In this document: in pieces, positions 50,106-63,642 of the stretch
Layout: the number at the start of each line of letters is the position of its first letter
Position numbering within the stretch: position 1 is the stretch's first letter
Assembly: GCF_006345805.1 (NCBI RefSeq)
Contig: NC_042997.1
Coordinates: 39,742,001-39,806,000 of the forward strand
Length of the DNA: 64,000 nt
Direction: 5' to 3'
Source: Octopus sinensis
Lineage: Eukaryota
Made by a program: the position numbers and the translations under genes
The notes under the pieces: generated by a model
The model's database searches: none
What the model saw: the letters and a program-made list of their open reading frames with translations, nothing else
What the model was told of the DNA's origin: nothing

Positions 50106-50297
50106 GGGTTCTTTTAAGGGTATTGTGAAAGGTCTGGTTGGAGGCCCAACCTTCCAACTTCTTTTACAGGACTGAAGGACTGCTGCAATACGTGTGTGAA
50201 TCTGAGAAGGGGAATATGTTGAATAAAATCATAATTAACTGATCCTCCTGTATTTTCTTTTAACCAAACCCAGGAATTTTCCAGCACCTCCTTGTAT
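50106..50297 (+). mobile_element. Mariner-derived MITE, second copy
   Basis: Homologous to 4240-4449. Confidence 0.7.
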
Positions 50298-50964
50298 ATA
50301 TTCATTCCAAATTTTCTTAAACACTATGTATAAACTGAGAACAAGCAGTTGAAAATGTAGAAGCAGTCTCTTCCATAGAACATACAAATACAGTCAAAGA
50401 AGCTCTGCCATGATTGCAAAAATGGAAAACTTCAAGAAACACCTACGGACAAATGAGTATTTAAACTATGGAACTGTCTCTCTTAAAAGAAAGACCTTTA
50501 ACATAAATATCCAGCCCACATATTCTACCTGTTTTATGTTCAAACTGGCCAGATATGGTATCTCACACCTACCCAATGATGTTATTCTCCTAGAAATAAA
50601 CAATTTCGTCATTGAAATCCGAAAGCTACAAGATAATGCATGATTAATTCAAAACAAATTGAATAAATAAGTATTACATATGGCAGAGTAATTTGACTGC
50701 TAAATTGTTAAACATTTTGAATCAACATTATTAAAAAGAAAAAAAATCTGTATTGCACCAATTCCATTCCTGAAAACACTGGACTATTACAAGACACATT
50801 TTAAAACTTTTGTTATATTTCTGTTGAAATACATTTCCATTATTTCAGTTTATTTTGAACATAATGAAAGACTTGATAAAATAACTGCTCCTGATTCTAT
50901 GATATAAACTTTCTGTTAAAAAAATTATCTAAATAAAAACCCTTCATCAAAATTTTATATTAAT

Positions 50965-51090
50965 TTATGTCCCTAACACCATACCTCAAAGAATTCAAGG
51001 TGTAATTACTGCCAAAGGTGGTCCTACTCCATATTAAAATAAATTTGTTTGAAATTTTAAGGTGTTTCCATTATTTTGTCCAACCCCTGT
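50965..51090 (+). mobile_element. Tc1-like 3' end
   Basis: TIPQRIQGVITAKGGPTPY* followed by ATTTTGTCCAACCCCTG-TA. Confidence 0.65.
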
Positions 51091-51238
51091 ACACCATAAA
51101 TAGCCATTCTGTAAAGACAGCAGTGACTGTCTAGCTATATACCGCTGTTATATATATATAAGTATGTTTATGTGTGGATGTGTCTATATGCATCTACATC
51201 ATTATCACAATCAGTATGATCATCATCATCATAATCAT

Positions 51239-51467
51239 TTAACCCTTTCATTACTGTATTTCTTTTGAGATGCTCTGTGTTTCTTTCAATTACTTTAAAT
51301 ATAATAAAGAATTTAGTAAAATAACTTAGTTATCATTAAGCTAGTGTTAGGGACATAAATTGTGACTAAGGTTTGGTGGAAGATTTTCATTCAAAACTTA
51401 TGAAAACAAGACACTTGTACTACAAAGCCAGAGGCGGTTTCAGCCGGGTTGGTATCAAAATGGTTAA
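51239..51467 (-). mobile_element. TTAA-type MITE
   Basis: TTAA-CCCTTTC...ATGG-TTAA. Confidence 0.85.
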
Positions 51468-51835
51468 TGTCTGTTTTCCACGTTGACATGTGTTGGACGG
51501 TTTGACTGGAACTGGCCAGATGGAGAGCTGCTCCAGCTCCATTTGTTTCTTTTGGCCTGATTTCTATAGCTGGATGTCCTTGCTGATGCCAACCACTTTA
51601 CAGTGTGTGCTGAGTGCTTTTTACATGATACTGGCTCAGGTGCTTTTATATGGCACCACCATGAGTGCTTTTTACAAGGTGCCGATATATGTCATCATCA
51701 TCATCATCATCGTTTAACGTCCGCTTTCCATGCTAGCATGGGTTGGATGGTTCAACTGGGGTCTGGGAAGCCCGAAGGCTGCACCAGGCCAGTCAGATCT
51801 GGCAGTGTTTCTACAGCTGGATGTCTTTCCTAATG
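51465..51835 (-). mobile_element. Two family-R 3' ends (one diverged)
   Basis: Termini at about 51465 and 51692. Confidence 0.75.
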
Positions 51836-52606
51836 CCTATGTGTGTGTATATATATATTTATGTATATATTTAAGCACACACATGCAGACACACACACAC
51901 ACATACACAAGAATTACTAAAGAGTGTCATGTGACTAAAAATCTAAATAAAAATATCAATCGACTAAAAAGATTTTTTTACTCCCCTCAATTACAAATAT
52001 GTCGAAAAAGTTCATCTTATAAGAACCATTGTAGGTTGAAGTCTAAGGAGTGTAAGAGAATTCCACAAAATCAAGTCAAAACACATCTATGGCCACACAC
52101 ACACACACACACAGACACACACACAAGGTCCTAGGAGGGTAGAAAGGTGGAGTAATTTCAATGCAGCACTCAACTGGACATTTAGGCTATCTACACTCTC
52201 AGACTAAAGTCTTAAGTAAAATCAATTTTTCTTTTTTAATGCTTTTTGTTTCCTCTCAAGCCTGGCAGACACACAACATAAAAGTGCACCTTTGATGCAG
52301 TTATAAAGAAGAGCCACTCAAATGTTTCAAAATATTACATAAATTTTCACTTGGAACGTTTGTGTGAACTGGCTTTGAAAACAGCATTGGTAGAAAAACA
52401 ATTGTAACTGGTCATTAAAGATGTGATAAAATCTTTCTTTTGCCTTCTTTGAACTATGTATGTATGTATGTATGTATGTATGTATGTATGTATGTATGTA
52501 TGTATGTATGTATGTATGTATGTATGTTTGTATGTATGTATGTATGTATGTATGTGTATGTATGTGTGTGTGTGTGTGTATGTGTGTGTGTGTATGTATG
52601 TATGTG

Positions 52607-52655
<49 letters not shown>

Positions 52656-52682
52656 GTCTCTCTCTCTCTCTATATATATATG

Positions 52683-53325
52683 TCATCATCATCATGGGTT
52701 GAACGGTTTGACTAAGGACTGGTGAGCCAGAGGGCTGCACCAGGCTCCAATCTGGTCTGGCAAAGTTTCTATAGCTGGATGCCCTTCCTAACGCCAACCA
52801 CCCTGAGAGTGTACTGGGTGCTTTTATGTGCCACTGGCACAAGGGCAAGTCAGGCGGTTCTAGCAATGACCACGCTCAAAAGGTGTTTTTTACGTGCTAC
52901 CTGCAATGACCACACTCAAATGTTGTTTCTCACGTGATTCATTTACTCTTTTACTTGTTTCAGTCATTTGACTGTGGCCATGCTGGAGCACTGCCTTTAG
53001 CTGGACAAATTAACCCAGGACTTATTCTTTGTAAGCCTAGTACTTATTCTACTGGCCTCTTTTGCTGAACCACTAAGTTACAGGTACATAAACACACCAG
53101 CATTGGTTGTCAAGCGATGGTGGGAGGGACAATGACAGACACACATAAATATATACATGTACATGATGGGTTTCTTTCAATTTCTGCTTACCATATCTAC
53201 TCACAAGGCTTTGGTCGACTCTAGTCTATAGTAGAAGACACTTACCCAAGGTGACATGCAATGGGACTGAACCTAGAACTATGTGGTTGGTAAGCTAGCT
53301 TCTTACCACACAGACATACCTGTAC
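52683..53325 (-). mobile_element. Family-R 3' end (52683-52925) next to a SINE C (52941-53325)
   Basis: Family matches. Confidence 0.8.
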
Positions 53326-54016
53326 CTATATACATATATATACATACATAAAAACATTGATTAGAGAACAAGCATCTAATTTGAGACAATGACTTTATAT
53401 AACACCATGCTTCCATACATTTGATCATATATAAATATTACCATGGCCTTCAACATACATACATAAAAAACACAGAATGTAAAAAATATATATACAAATA
53501 AAAATACAAATATATAGAACGGCCTATCAAGAAGGTATATACAATCAACTAAAAATAAGCAATCCAAATGAATTACTAAAGAGTGTCATGTGACTAAAAA
53601 CCTAAATAAAAGTATCAATTGACTAAAAAGATTTTTTTACTCCCCTCAATTAAAAATATGTCAAAAAAGTTCATTTTATAAAAACCATTGTAGGTTGAAG
53701 TCTAAGGAGTGTAAGAGAATTCCACAAAATCGAATCAAAACACATCTGTGGCCATTTAGGGAGTTCATTGCCATGGTCCAATTATGAGTTAAGGTGCATC
53801 TCAGTAATGACCCCCTCATCAGGATGAACAGGAATCTCAACAGTTAGTCATTCACCTTGAATTTGATGTTAGTTCTCTAATCAATTTTTTTTTTCTTTTT
53901 ATCTCTGTCTCAATTTCATTTGAGCACTTCTTTTTTTTTTTTGCAGTCTGGTAAACCCTTTTATCTCCATAAAAAGAAGCAAAAATTATTTCTCATCATA
54001 TATACATATATACTCT

Positions 54017-54428
54017 ATTACTCATTTCAGTCATTTTGACTGTGGCCATGGTGGTACGCTGCCTTTTAGTCAAAGAAATCAACACCTAGACTTATTCTTT
54101 ATAAGCCAAGTACTTTTCCTATTGGTCTCTTTGCTAAACCACTAAGTTATGGGGACATAACCACACCAACCTTGGCTGTCAAGCGATGGTAGAGGGGACA
54201 AACACAGATGGAAACATACACAAATATATATATATATATATACACATTATATACATATATATACGATGGACTTCTTTCAGTTTCTGTCTACCAAATCCAC
54301 TTACAAGGGTTTGGTCAGCCAGAAGATATAGTAGAAGACACTTGCTCAAGGTGCCACACAGCAGGACTGAACCCTGAACCATGTGGCTGGGAAGCAGGCT
54401 TCTTACCACACAGCTACGCCTGCACCTA
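54017..54428 (-). mobile_element. SINE family C
   Basis: Family match. Confidence 0.85.
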
Positions 54429-54849
54429 TATGTATACATGTATATATATTTATATATATGTATATATAAATATATGTATATGTATATATATATACATATC
54501 TATGTGTGTGCATGTGTATGTATGCGTGTATTTATGTATGTATGCATCTATATATTTATGTATATCCCAAAATACATAAAGTAAATTTGGGGTCAATACT
54601 TTATGAAACTTCTCAATAAATTCATATACAGGATATCAAATTTAGACTGTAAATAATAATAAAAACAACGTAACACAGAAAAAGGAATCAATAGATATAC
54701 ATGAAAGTAAATGTACATACAGGTTGATGCTCCATATCCTGCCAAGTATGAACCAGGCTGGTACCTGTGTTGTAGACTTTTTGAATCATAGATGCTTAGG
54801 GTAATGTGGTATGGGGAAAAAAGAAAGCATAATTCACCTACCTTGTGGG

Positions 54850-55735
54850 TTCTCTCATAATGTTGATCCTTTTCAGCTGGGATCCATCCATAGGAGCCTG
54901 ACCCACCTAACTTCTGGCCAAAACCTAATGGCAAATTCCCTCAATTCCTGTGTCCACCATACCCATCCTGAACAACAGCCCCAAAGCAAAAGAGGCCCAT
55001 ATTAGTCATCCTTCTGCTCACATGACCTCCCTTTCTTCTCTCTTTCCGGCAAGGCTTCTTGGCTATTTGTGTGATGTCACTGACCCTATACTTCTTGCCG
55101 ATCTCAGCCTCACAGGGTTTTTTTTTATATTGAGGCATTATCCAGTCAGGTTGATTGCCTGGGATAGCCTGACTACTTCTTGTCATCCCTTCCGAACTTC
55201 CATCAGTGTCTTTCGGTCTTTGATTTGGCATCCAACATCATCTGTAAGCTGTTGTATATATGTCTTCCATGGTCTTCCAGTTGCTGTGGTACCATGATTT
55301 GGTACCACAACAACTGGTGGTACCATGATTTGGTGTCCACAGCAACATATTACTCACTAGTTCTTTACTTCTCCAGTAGTGGCCAGCAAACCTCAATCTC
55401 CGCTCTTGGATGGTCGATGAGAAGTTGGTACATTCCCATACAAACATTGTTTTATTGGGTGCTCCCTCCTAGAGATGTTGAGCACTGCACATAACATTCT
55501 GGTGTAGGCACCATCCAGCATGCACCTCTCTTGGTGAGAGTCCAAGTTGGAGATCCATGTACAAGCTCAAATTCAACAACTGCTCTGAAGAACTATCTCT
55601 CCAATTTATCTGGTAGGGTTTACTTCCATATTGTTCTAAGACCATCAATAGCTGTCCAAGGTAAAAATAGTACACTAATTCATATATTGTACTATGTTTA
55701 CTGGTATCACTTATATAGGCATAAACCTATCTCAT
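54850..55735 (-). pseudogene. Two adjacent RTE-clade LINE C-terminal remnants
   Basis: FRAVVE...TWTLTK...TIQERRLRFAGHYWRSKELVS...KTYIQQL (55735-55140) and YRVSDI...GHVSRR (55130-54850). Confidence 0.75.
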
Positions 55736-56515
55736 TCTTATGTGGCTTCTTTATTTCAAAACCCTAGATCTTTGACACTAGTGTACTACACTCTGACAAA
55801 AATATATGTAGATTAGTAGACAAAGCTAAGAAGAATAGAAAAAAAATTAAAATATATAAAAGCAAAAATAAAGCTATGAAAAATATTGATAATTAAAAAA
55901 AGATTAAGAAAGGAAAGTCATCTTTACCTTAGCTTTTTAAGTGTAATTAATTTCAAGGGAGATGTCTAGTAAAAACCATTCCTTTTCATCTGTATTCGTT
56001 TACTGTCTTTTAACATTTTCCTGGTTTTTAGTAACTTTCTAACTTTTGGACTCAGTGAGTAATTTTAGTACTTTCCTTTCCTTGTTTCTTAACATTACAT
56101 GCTATTGATAAATCTACACCGTATTCCAAACACAAGGCTTTAATCAAATTCTTTATTTTTATTATGTTTTTTTTTTTTTTTACGATATCGGCAAATTTTG
56201 TAAAGAGAGTTGATATCATGTTTTGTTGTGTTACCACTTCTGAACAATTTGCTTGAGAAAAAAAAAACAACAAAAAACCAAAAAAAAAAACCCAGTAATA
56301 AAGGAAATATCTGTAGTTGTTAGCAAACGATATTGGTCACTGGTGGTGGTTCCAGAGGCTGGCCAAAAGTAGTTATGCAAATTAATGACCAATAGATTCA
56401 AGTCACTGTCCTTCCAGAACCATTAAAGCTGTCAGACTAGTGAATCCAGGATTGGTGTGGTTTAATCCGTATTAAAATTAATGTGTGTGTGTGTGTATGT
56501 GTATGTATGTATGTA

Positions 56516-56780
56516 TCATCATCATCATCATCATCATCATCTTCGTTTAACGTCCGTTTTCTGCGCTAGCATGGGTTGGACGGTTCGACCGGGGTCTGGG
56601 AAGCCAGGGGCTGCTCCAGGCTCCAGTCTGATCTGGCAGAGTTTCTACGGCTGGATGCCCTTCCTAACACCAACCACTCCGCGAGTGTAGTGGGTGCTTT
56701 TTACGTGCCAGCGGCACGGAAGCCAGCCAACGGCCACGTTTGGATGGTGCTTTTTATGTGCCACCGGCACAGAAGCCAGT
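56516..56780 (-). mobile_element. Family-R 3' end
   Basis: (CAT)n tail, terminus and VNTR units. Confidence 0.85.
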
Positions 56781-57160
56781 ATGTATGTATGTATGTCATT
56801 ATTTAGTTTTACTTCAAGATTTCTTGCCAATAGAGAAAGAATCGTTCCTGACCTAGATCCAAGGCACTTTTATTGGAATTTCAGCAACATCAGCAATTTT
56901 TTGCATGTATGTGTATATATGTGCAGTATTTGGAGTCAGTGTGTGTGTAGATTTGTATGTTTTGTTTTATGTATGTTTTCTCAAGCATATAATTGTCTGT
57001 CTAGACATGCTCTTATATACTTAAATGATGAACTGGAAAGTTTTAGAAACTCTTACAGTTCCAGCAATGTATGTATGTATTTATGTATGTATGTACGTAC
57101 GTACATACGTATGTATGTATGTATGTATGTATGTATTTATGCATGTTTGTATGTATGTAC

Positions 57161-57191
<31 letters not shown>

Positions 57192-57294
57192 TGTATGTAT
57201 GTATGTATGCATGTATGCATGTACGTATGTATACACACACACACATACACACACATACACACTCATGCACACACAAGATATATACATACATACA

Positions 57295-57862
57295 TCACCA
57301 TCATCATCATCACCGTCACCATTGTGTAATGTCTGTTTTCCATGCTGGCATGGGTTGGACGGTTTGACTGAGGTCTTGAGAGCCAGCAGCTGCACCAAGC
57401 TCCAATCTGGTCAGGCAAAGTTTCTACAGCTGGATGCCCTTCCTAATGCCAACCACTCCGAGAGTGTATTGGGTGCTTTTTATGTGCCACCGGCATGGAA
57501 GCCAGTCAGGAGGACCTGACATCAACAACTTTTGGATGGTGCTTTCTTACATGTCACTGGCACGGGTGCCAATCAGGGGACACTGGCATCGCCCACGTTT
57601 GGATGATGCATTTTATGAGCCACCGGAATGGGAGCCAGTCAGGGAGCACTGGCTGGAGCTATGATTTTGGTTTTACTTGACTCAACATGTCTTCTCAAGT
57701 ATATCATATAGCCTGATGCATCAAGGGTACTCTTAAATGGGCCGGACATGCAACACTGGCATTGGCCATGGCTATGATCTCACTTTAGTTGGTGGGTCTT
57801 CTCAGTCACAGCATATCTCCAAAGGTCTCAGTCTCCTGTCATTGCCTCTGTGAGGCCAATGT
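57295..57862 (-). mobile_element. Family-R 3' portion including the ORF end
   Basis: Reverse complement of GGCCTCACAGAGGCAATGACA... matches 39215-39240. Confidence 0.85.
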
Positions 57863-57887
57863 TATATTATATATATATATATATATA

Positions 57888-58030
<143 letters not shown>

Positions 58031-58371
58031 ATTTTATAGAAGGAGCTTCTACATACATATGTCCCCATAACTTAGCAGTTCGGCAAAAGAGACTGACAGA
58101 ATAAGTACTAAGCTTACGAACAATAAGTTCTGGGGTCAATTTGTTCAACTAAAGGTGGTGCTCCAACGTGGCTGCAGTCAAATGACTGAAACAAGAAAAA
58201 GGGTATATATTAATTCTTCTACTGTAGGTACAAGGCCTGCAATTTGGGGGCAAGGGGGCTTGTCAATTATATTGATCTCAAGTGCTCAACTGGTACTTAT
58301 TTTATTAACCCTGAAAAAACGAAAGTTAACCTTGGCAGAATTTGAACTCAGAATGTGAAGATGAAGGAGGA

Positions 58372-58525
58372 GGGGTAAGTAGCTTGCTAACCAACCACAT
58401 GGTTCCAGGTTCAGTCCCACTGTGTGGCATCTTGGGCAAGTGTCTACTGCTATAGCCCCGGGCCGACCAATGCCTTGTGAGTGGATTTGGTAGATGGAAA
58501 CTGAAAGAAGCCTGTCGTTTATATG

Positions 58526-58558
<33 letters not shown>

Positions 58559-58748
58559 GCTTGTCCCCCTAGCATTGCTTGACAACCGATGCTGGTGTGT
58601 TTACGTCCCCGTCACTTAGCAGTTCAGCAAAAGAGACCGATAGAATAAGTACTGGGCTTACAAAGAATAAGTCCCGGGGTCGATTTGCTCGACTAAAGGC
58701 GGTGCTCCAGCATGGCCGCAGTCAAATGACTGAAACAAGTAAAAGAGT
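58372..58748 (+). mobile_element. SINE family C (fragment also at 58058-58200)
   Basis: Family match. Confidence 0.9.
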
Positions 58749-58961
58749 ATGAATGAAATACCTCTAAGCATTTTGTCTATCATGCTACCTTAATTTAAAC
58801 ATATTTTGCAATTTTCAATTCAACATTTGTAGATGTGATGAACAAGCTTTATATTTTTTCTTTATATAAGAATTTTGACATTACTCTGCTTTAATATCAG
58901 TTTTAAATTTTGGCAGAAGGGTAGCAAGTTAAGTTAAGTTAATTTTTTGGCTCAAAAAGCA

Positions 58962-59155
58962 AAAAGCAAGGCCATATAGGGGGACATGGAGTTATGTACA
59001 GGGTGGTGTTCATGCAAAGTGTTCAGGTCATTTGTGGTCAAGGGAGACTTTGAACCAAGCGTTCATCGGCATCTTCACTATCTTGTCCGGCAGCTTATTC
59101 CACGGATCCGCAACCCGGACGGAGAAAGCCCCTCTCCTTCGGGGGATAATTCGAT
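58962..59155 (-). pseudogene. CR1-clade LINE 3' end
   Basis: RRGAFSVRVADPWNKLPDKIV...FKVSLD. Confidence 0.75.
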
Positions 59156-59909
59156 TACATTTACACCAGTATTCAACTGGTATTTATTTTACAGACCCCC
59201 CACCACAAAAAATAAAAAAATGAAAGGCAGAGCCAGCCCCTGAAGAATTTGAACTCAAACTGTAAAGTTTGAGGGAATACCACTAAGCATGCTAATGATT
59301 CTGCCAACTTGCTCCTTTATTGTCTTATTATCAAAATAGTAATTTTATTCTGTTTTGAAGAATATGTCACGATGGATCCAAACACTACAAGAAATTGGAA
59401 AATATAGCTGAGTGTAATGTGCGTTGCAAAAATGAATGCACAAATTAATTTTGGTGCATCCATTTTAATGAATGCACATTTTTGTACATTTAGCTACACA
59501 TTTTCCAATAAATATATAATGACTGTGCTATTGAACCATGAAAATACATAAATATTTCAGTTCATAATGCATGATGAAATTTACAGAAAATAATAGCAAT
59601 TCATTGCAAAATGTTCAGTGAAATAATATTTGAATTATAATGACATCATATTTACCAGAATGTGACAGAATTCATATTTGCAGTAATGTTTATGAGAAAA
59701 TTAAAATGAAATAACAAAACAGAAATTGTAGACAATATTTCAAGTGACGATTAGTGCAAGCATGAAATAATTTCTCTTTTGTCATTATGTGTATGCCTTA
59801 ATAATCACAAAAATATCTTCTTTTCATAAAATGAGTGTGTATGTGTGTTTGTGTGTGTCTGCATATGTGTGTGCATGTGTGTGTTGTGTGTGTTGCGTAT
59901 GTATATTTC

Positions 59910-60135
59910 TTTACTACCCACAAGGGGCTAAATACAGAGGAGACAAACAAGGACAGACAAACGGATTAAGTCGATTACATCGACCCCAGTGCGTAACTGG
60001 TACTTAATTTATCAACCTCGAAAGGATGAAAAGCAAAGTCGACCTCGGCAGAATTTGAACTCAGAACATAACGGCAGACGAAATCCGGCTACGCATTTCG
60101 CCCGGTGTGCTAACGTTTCTGCCAGCTCACCGCCT
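59910..60135 (-). mobile_element. SINE family D
   Basis: Family match. Confidence 0.88.
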
Positions 60136-60453
60136 ATGTGTTGTGTATATAAATGTATCTATGGGAGAGAGTCAGTTCTGAGTGATGTGAGTTTGTGTAT
60201 TTTATTGTGGTACACACTGGTTGTCAGTGAAAACTGCAGCTTTTATAACAGTCAGTATGCTCTAAGACTTATTTGTATGAGGGATTTACTCTTAAAGAAA
60301 GTGGTCTGATTATTTGAAAATGTCCAAGAAAATGAAGTGATCATATAACTAACCAAAGAGCTCCCTGCTACAACTGTTGTATTACTCCCACTTCAAATGG
60401 TTAGGGGAGGAGATTGATCATCAGATACCAGTGTACTGATTATTTATATGAGT

Positions 60454-60673
60454 GATTTACACTTAAAGTGATTACACTTATAGATTTACACTTACAAAGA
60501 TTTACACTTAAAAATTTACACTTAAAAATTTACACTTAAAATTTACACTTTTAAAATTTACACTTTTAAAATTTACACTTTAAAATTTACACTTTTAAAA
60601 TTTACACTTTAAAATTTACACTTAAAAAGATTTACAATTAAAGTGATTTACACTTAAAGATTTACACTTAAAG
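60454..60673. repeat. Minisatellite (RATTTACACTT(T)AAA)n, ~15 units
   Basis: Lies between direct repeats at 60283-60438 and 60659-60814. Confidence 0.9.
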
Positions 60674-61379
60674 AAAGTGGTCTGATTATTTGAAAATGTC
60701 CAAGAAAATGAAGTGATCATATAACTAACCAAAGAGTTCACTGCTACAACTGTTGCATTACTCCCGCTTCAGATGATTAGGGGAGGAGATTGGTCATCAG
60801 ATACCAGTGTACTGGAAACTGTGCCAAGTGAGTGAGTGTATAGATGATGACTTGTACAAAAAGAGCAGGGCAGTGGATATGTTGTCCAGATCTAGTTTTG
60901 ATAACTGGTGATGATAGTGAAGAATGAGAAGTACTGGAGAAAATAAAAATGAATTGATGGAGCTGAACTGACCTGACAGGATGAAAATTCATGCATCACA
61001 AAGGTGCCATATAGCAAAGGTGCCATATGATGTGGAATCTTTAACCTTCTGACAAGTGATGCAGATCCTGGTCCATTCGTGAGTTCCTGCATCGATACCA
61101 GTCCAAATGAAATGAACTGAACTCAGTCAATCTCTATGTTTTGTTGGCACCAAGATATGACAAGCAATAGAGTGCAGTGGAAGTTGCATTTACAGGTTTT
61201 CTCATGATGTCAGGGCTAGGTCACTGTAATACATACACACACATACTCATGAACGCATGCACACACACACACACAGATGACAAGCTTCTTCCAGTTTCCA
61301 TCTGCCAAATCCACTCGCAAGGCTTTGGTTGACCTGAGACTGAACCTGGAACCATACGAATGGGAAGCAAACTTCCAAT

Positions 61380-61921
61380 ATCATCATCATCATCGTTTAA
61401 CGTCCGCTTTCCATGCTAGCATGGGTTGGACGAATTGACTGAGGGCTGGCGAACCAGATGGCTGCACCAGGCTTCAATCTTGACCTGGTAGAGTTTCTAC
61501 AGCTGGATGCCCTTCCTAACGCCAACCACTCCAAGAGTGTAGTGGGTGCTTTTACATGCCACCGGCATGAGGGCCAGTCAGGCGGTACTGGCAACGGCCA
61601 CGAAAAAATCGTGTTTTTTTATGTGCCACCTGCACACCGGCCCAAGTGCCAGTAAGGTGACGCTGGTAACGATCACGCTCGAATGGTGGTTTTTACCTGC
61701 CACTGGCACAAACACCAGTTATGAACTATATATAACTCAATCACAGTACTTGTGAGAAGGGCTGATAGGAACAGCTGGCCCTCTTCCTACTGACCCTTCT
61801 GATGTGTGCTGGGACTAGGTTTTTCTAAAACTCTCATGAGTAAGACTGATTGATAAAATTGGCTGAAATGGATCTGTAATACTGTATTCTATAAATATTA
61901 ATATACCCACTGTAGTGACAA

Positions 61922-61990
<69 letters not shown>

Positions 61991-62245
61991 TCATCATTAT
62001 CATCATCATCATCGTTTAATGTCTGTTTTCCACGCTAGCATGGGTTGGACGGTTTGACTGGGGTCTGGGAAGCCAGAAGGCTGCATCAGGCTCCAGTCTG
62101 ATCTGGCAGTGTTTCTACAGCTGGATGCCCTTCCTAACGCCAACCACTCCATGAGTGTAGTGGGTGCTTTTTACATTCCACCGGCACAGGGGCCAGAGGA
62201 GGCTGGCAAACGGCCACGATCAGTTGGTGCTTTTTACATGTCACT
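61380..62245 (-). mobile_element. Two family-R 3' ends (61380-61715 and 61990-62245)
   Basis: (CAT)n tails plus termini. Confidence 0.85.
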
Positions 62246-63169
62246 GACACACACACACACACACACACACATACATCCATATATATATGAAAGCATGCAT
62301 ATAATTTATGTATGATACACACACAAACACATTTTTTTAGAATTATTTTAGAAATATACACACCTTTTAACAGATGTCAGTTGAATCACTTTGGATTTTT
62401 GTTAAATAAATGCAATACTGAGTTCCTGTAATCCTTTTTATTATACTTTTCATAGTTTTATACAACTGCAGCTTATTCTCAGATATTCTACTCAATTGTA
62501 TCTGTTACAATTCTGTTACTCATGAAGAGGATAACTTTCATCAGCGTTTTTTCTTTTATATTTTTCACATCTTCATCTTTTTGGTTTCTGAATCCAATGT
62601 ATATACAGATCAAGGAGAAAGAAAGTGTGAATGATGTCATGTTAGTATTACAAGAGATTGGTAACTTATTAACATGGATATAACAAGATGGAAGAGAGAT
62701 TTACATGCTCACTTGTTCTTATGCATTTGGTTTCCCGTCTGTACCCACATTGCTACTTTATCAGGATGGTTCTTGTTATAAACAGAATCCCCAATTATAA
62801 AAAAAAAAGAAGAAATTTTCTGCATAGAACATCTATGTTTTGATGACTGATTGAATACATTGGCTTAAAGGATAAAAGTACTCCAGTACTTTGGTAATGT
62901 CAATGTTTTGTGGTTATGCAAATAATATTTCCCAGGATTTTCAACATCTGATTCAGGAATAAATCTAAAAAAAAAAAAGAAAGAAAAGACAAGAAACACA
63001 CAGAGGCATTGATTCATGTGAAAAAGACAGAAAGCATATGGATTTTGAAAATGTAATATTCAAATTTCTTCTTCACATTTCTTAAGCTGTTACTTTCTAA
63101 TGTGTGTACATCATTCCTGTATAATAATAATATCTAGTCTTTTTAAACTGACGTTTCAAATATGCATTA

Positions 63170-63445
63170 CATCATCATCATCATCATCATCATCGTTTAA
63201 CGTCCGCTTTCCATGCTAGCATGGGTTGGACGGTTCGACCGGGGTCTGGGAAGCCAGGAGGCTGCACCAGGCTCCAGTCTGATCTGGCAGTGTTTCTACA
63301 GCTGGATGCCCTTCCTAACGCCAACCACTCCGCGAGTGTAGTGGGTGCTTTTTACGTGCCACCTGCACAGGTGCCAGGGGAGTCCGGCATCGGCCATGAT
63401 CGGCTGGTGCTTTTAACGTGCCACCGGCACGGAAGCCGGTCAAGG
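63170..63445 (-). mobile_element. Family-R 3' end
   Basis: (CAT)n tail plus terminus. Confidence 0.85.
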
Positions 63446-63642
63446 CTGAAAAATTTATTGTTTTATGTATATTTTCCATTGCAGAAAGAAAATATAAACC
63501 CTTCTACAAAAGACCAAAGTACAATATTTTGTTTTCTTCCTTAATGCCTTTGATATTGCTCTTTTGTGTAAAAGTCAAAATAATTAACCTTGAATTACTG
63601 AAAAAAAAAGGAACAAAAAACAAATTTCAGATACAAGATATA

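Noticed and set aside
54843-54934. Minus-strand exon candidate ending AAG|GTAGGT
   Set aside because: It lies within or next to an RTE remnant and has no clear acceptor or good start context.
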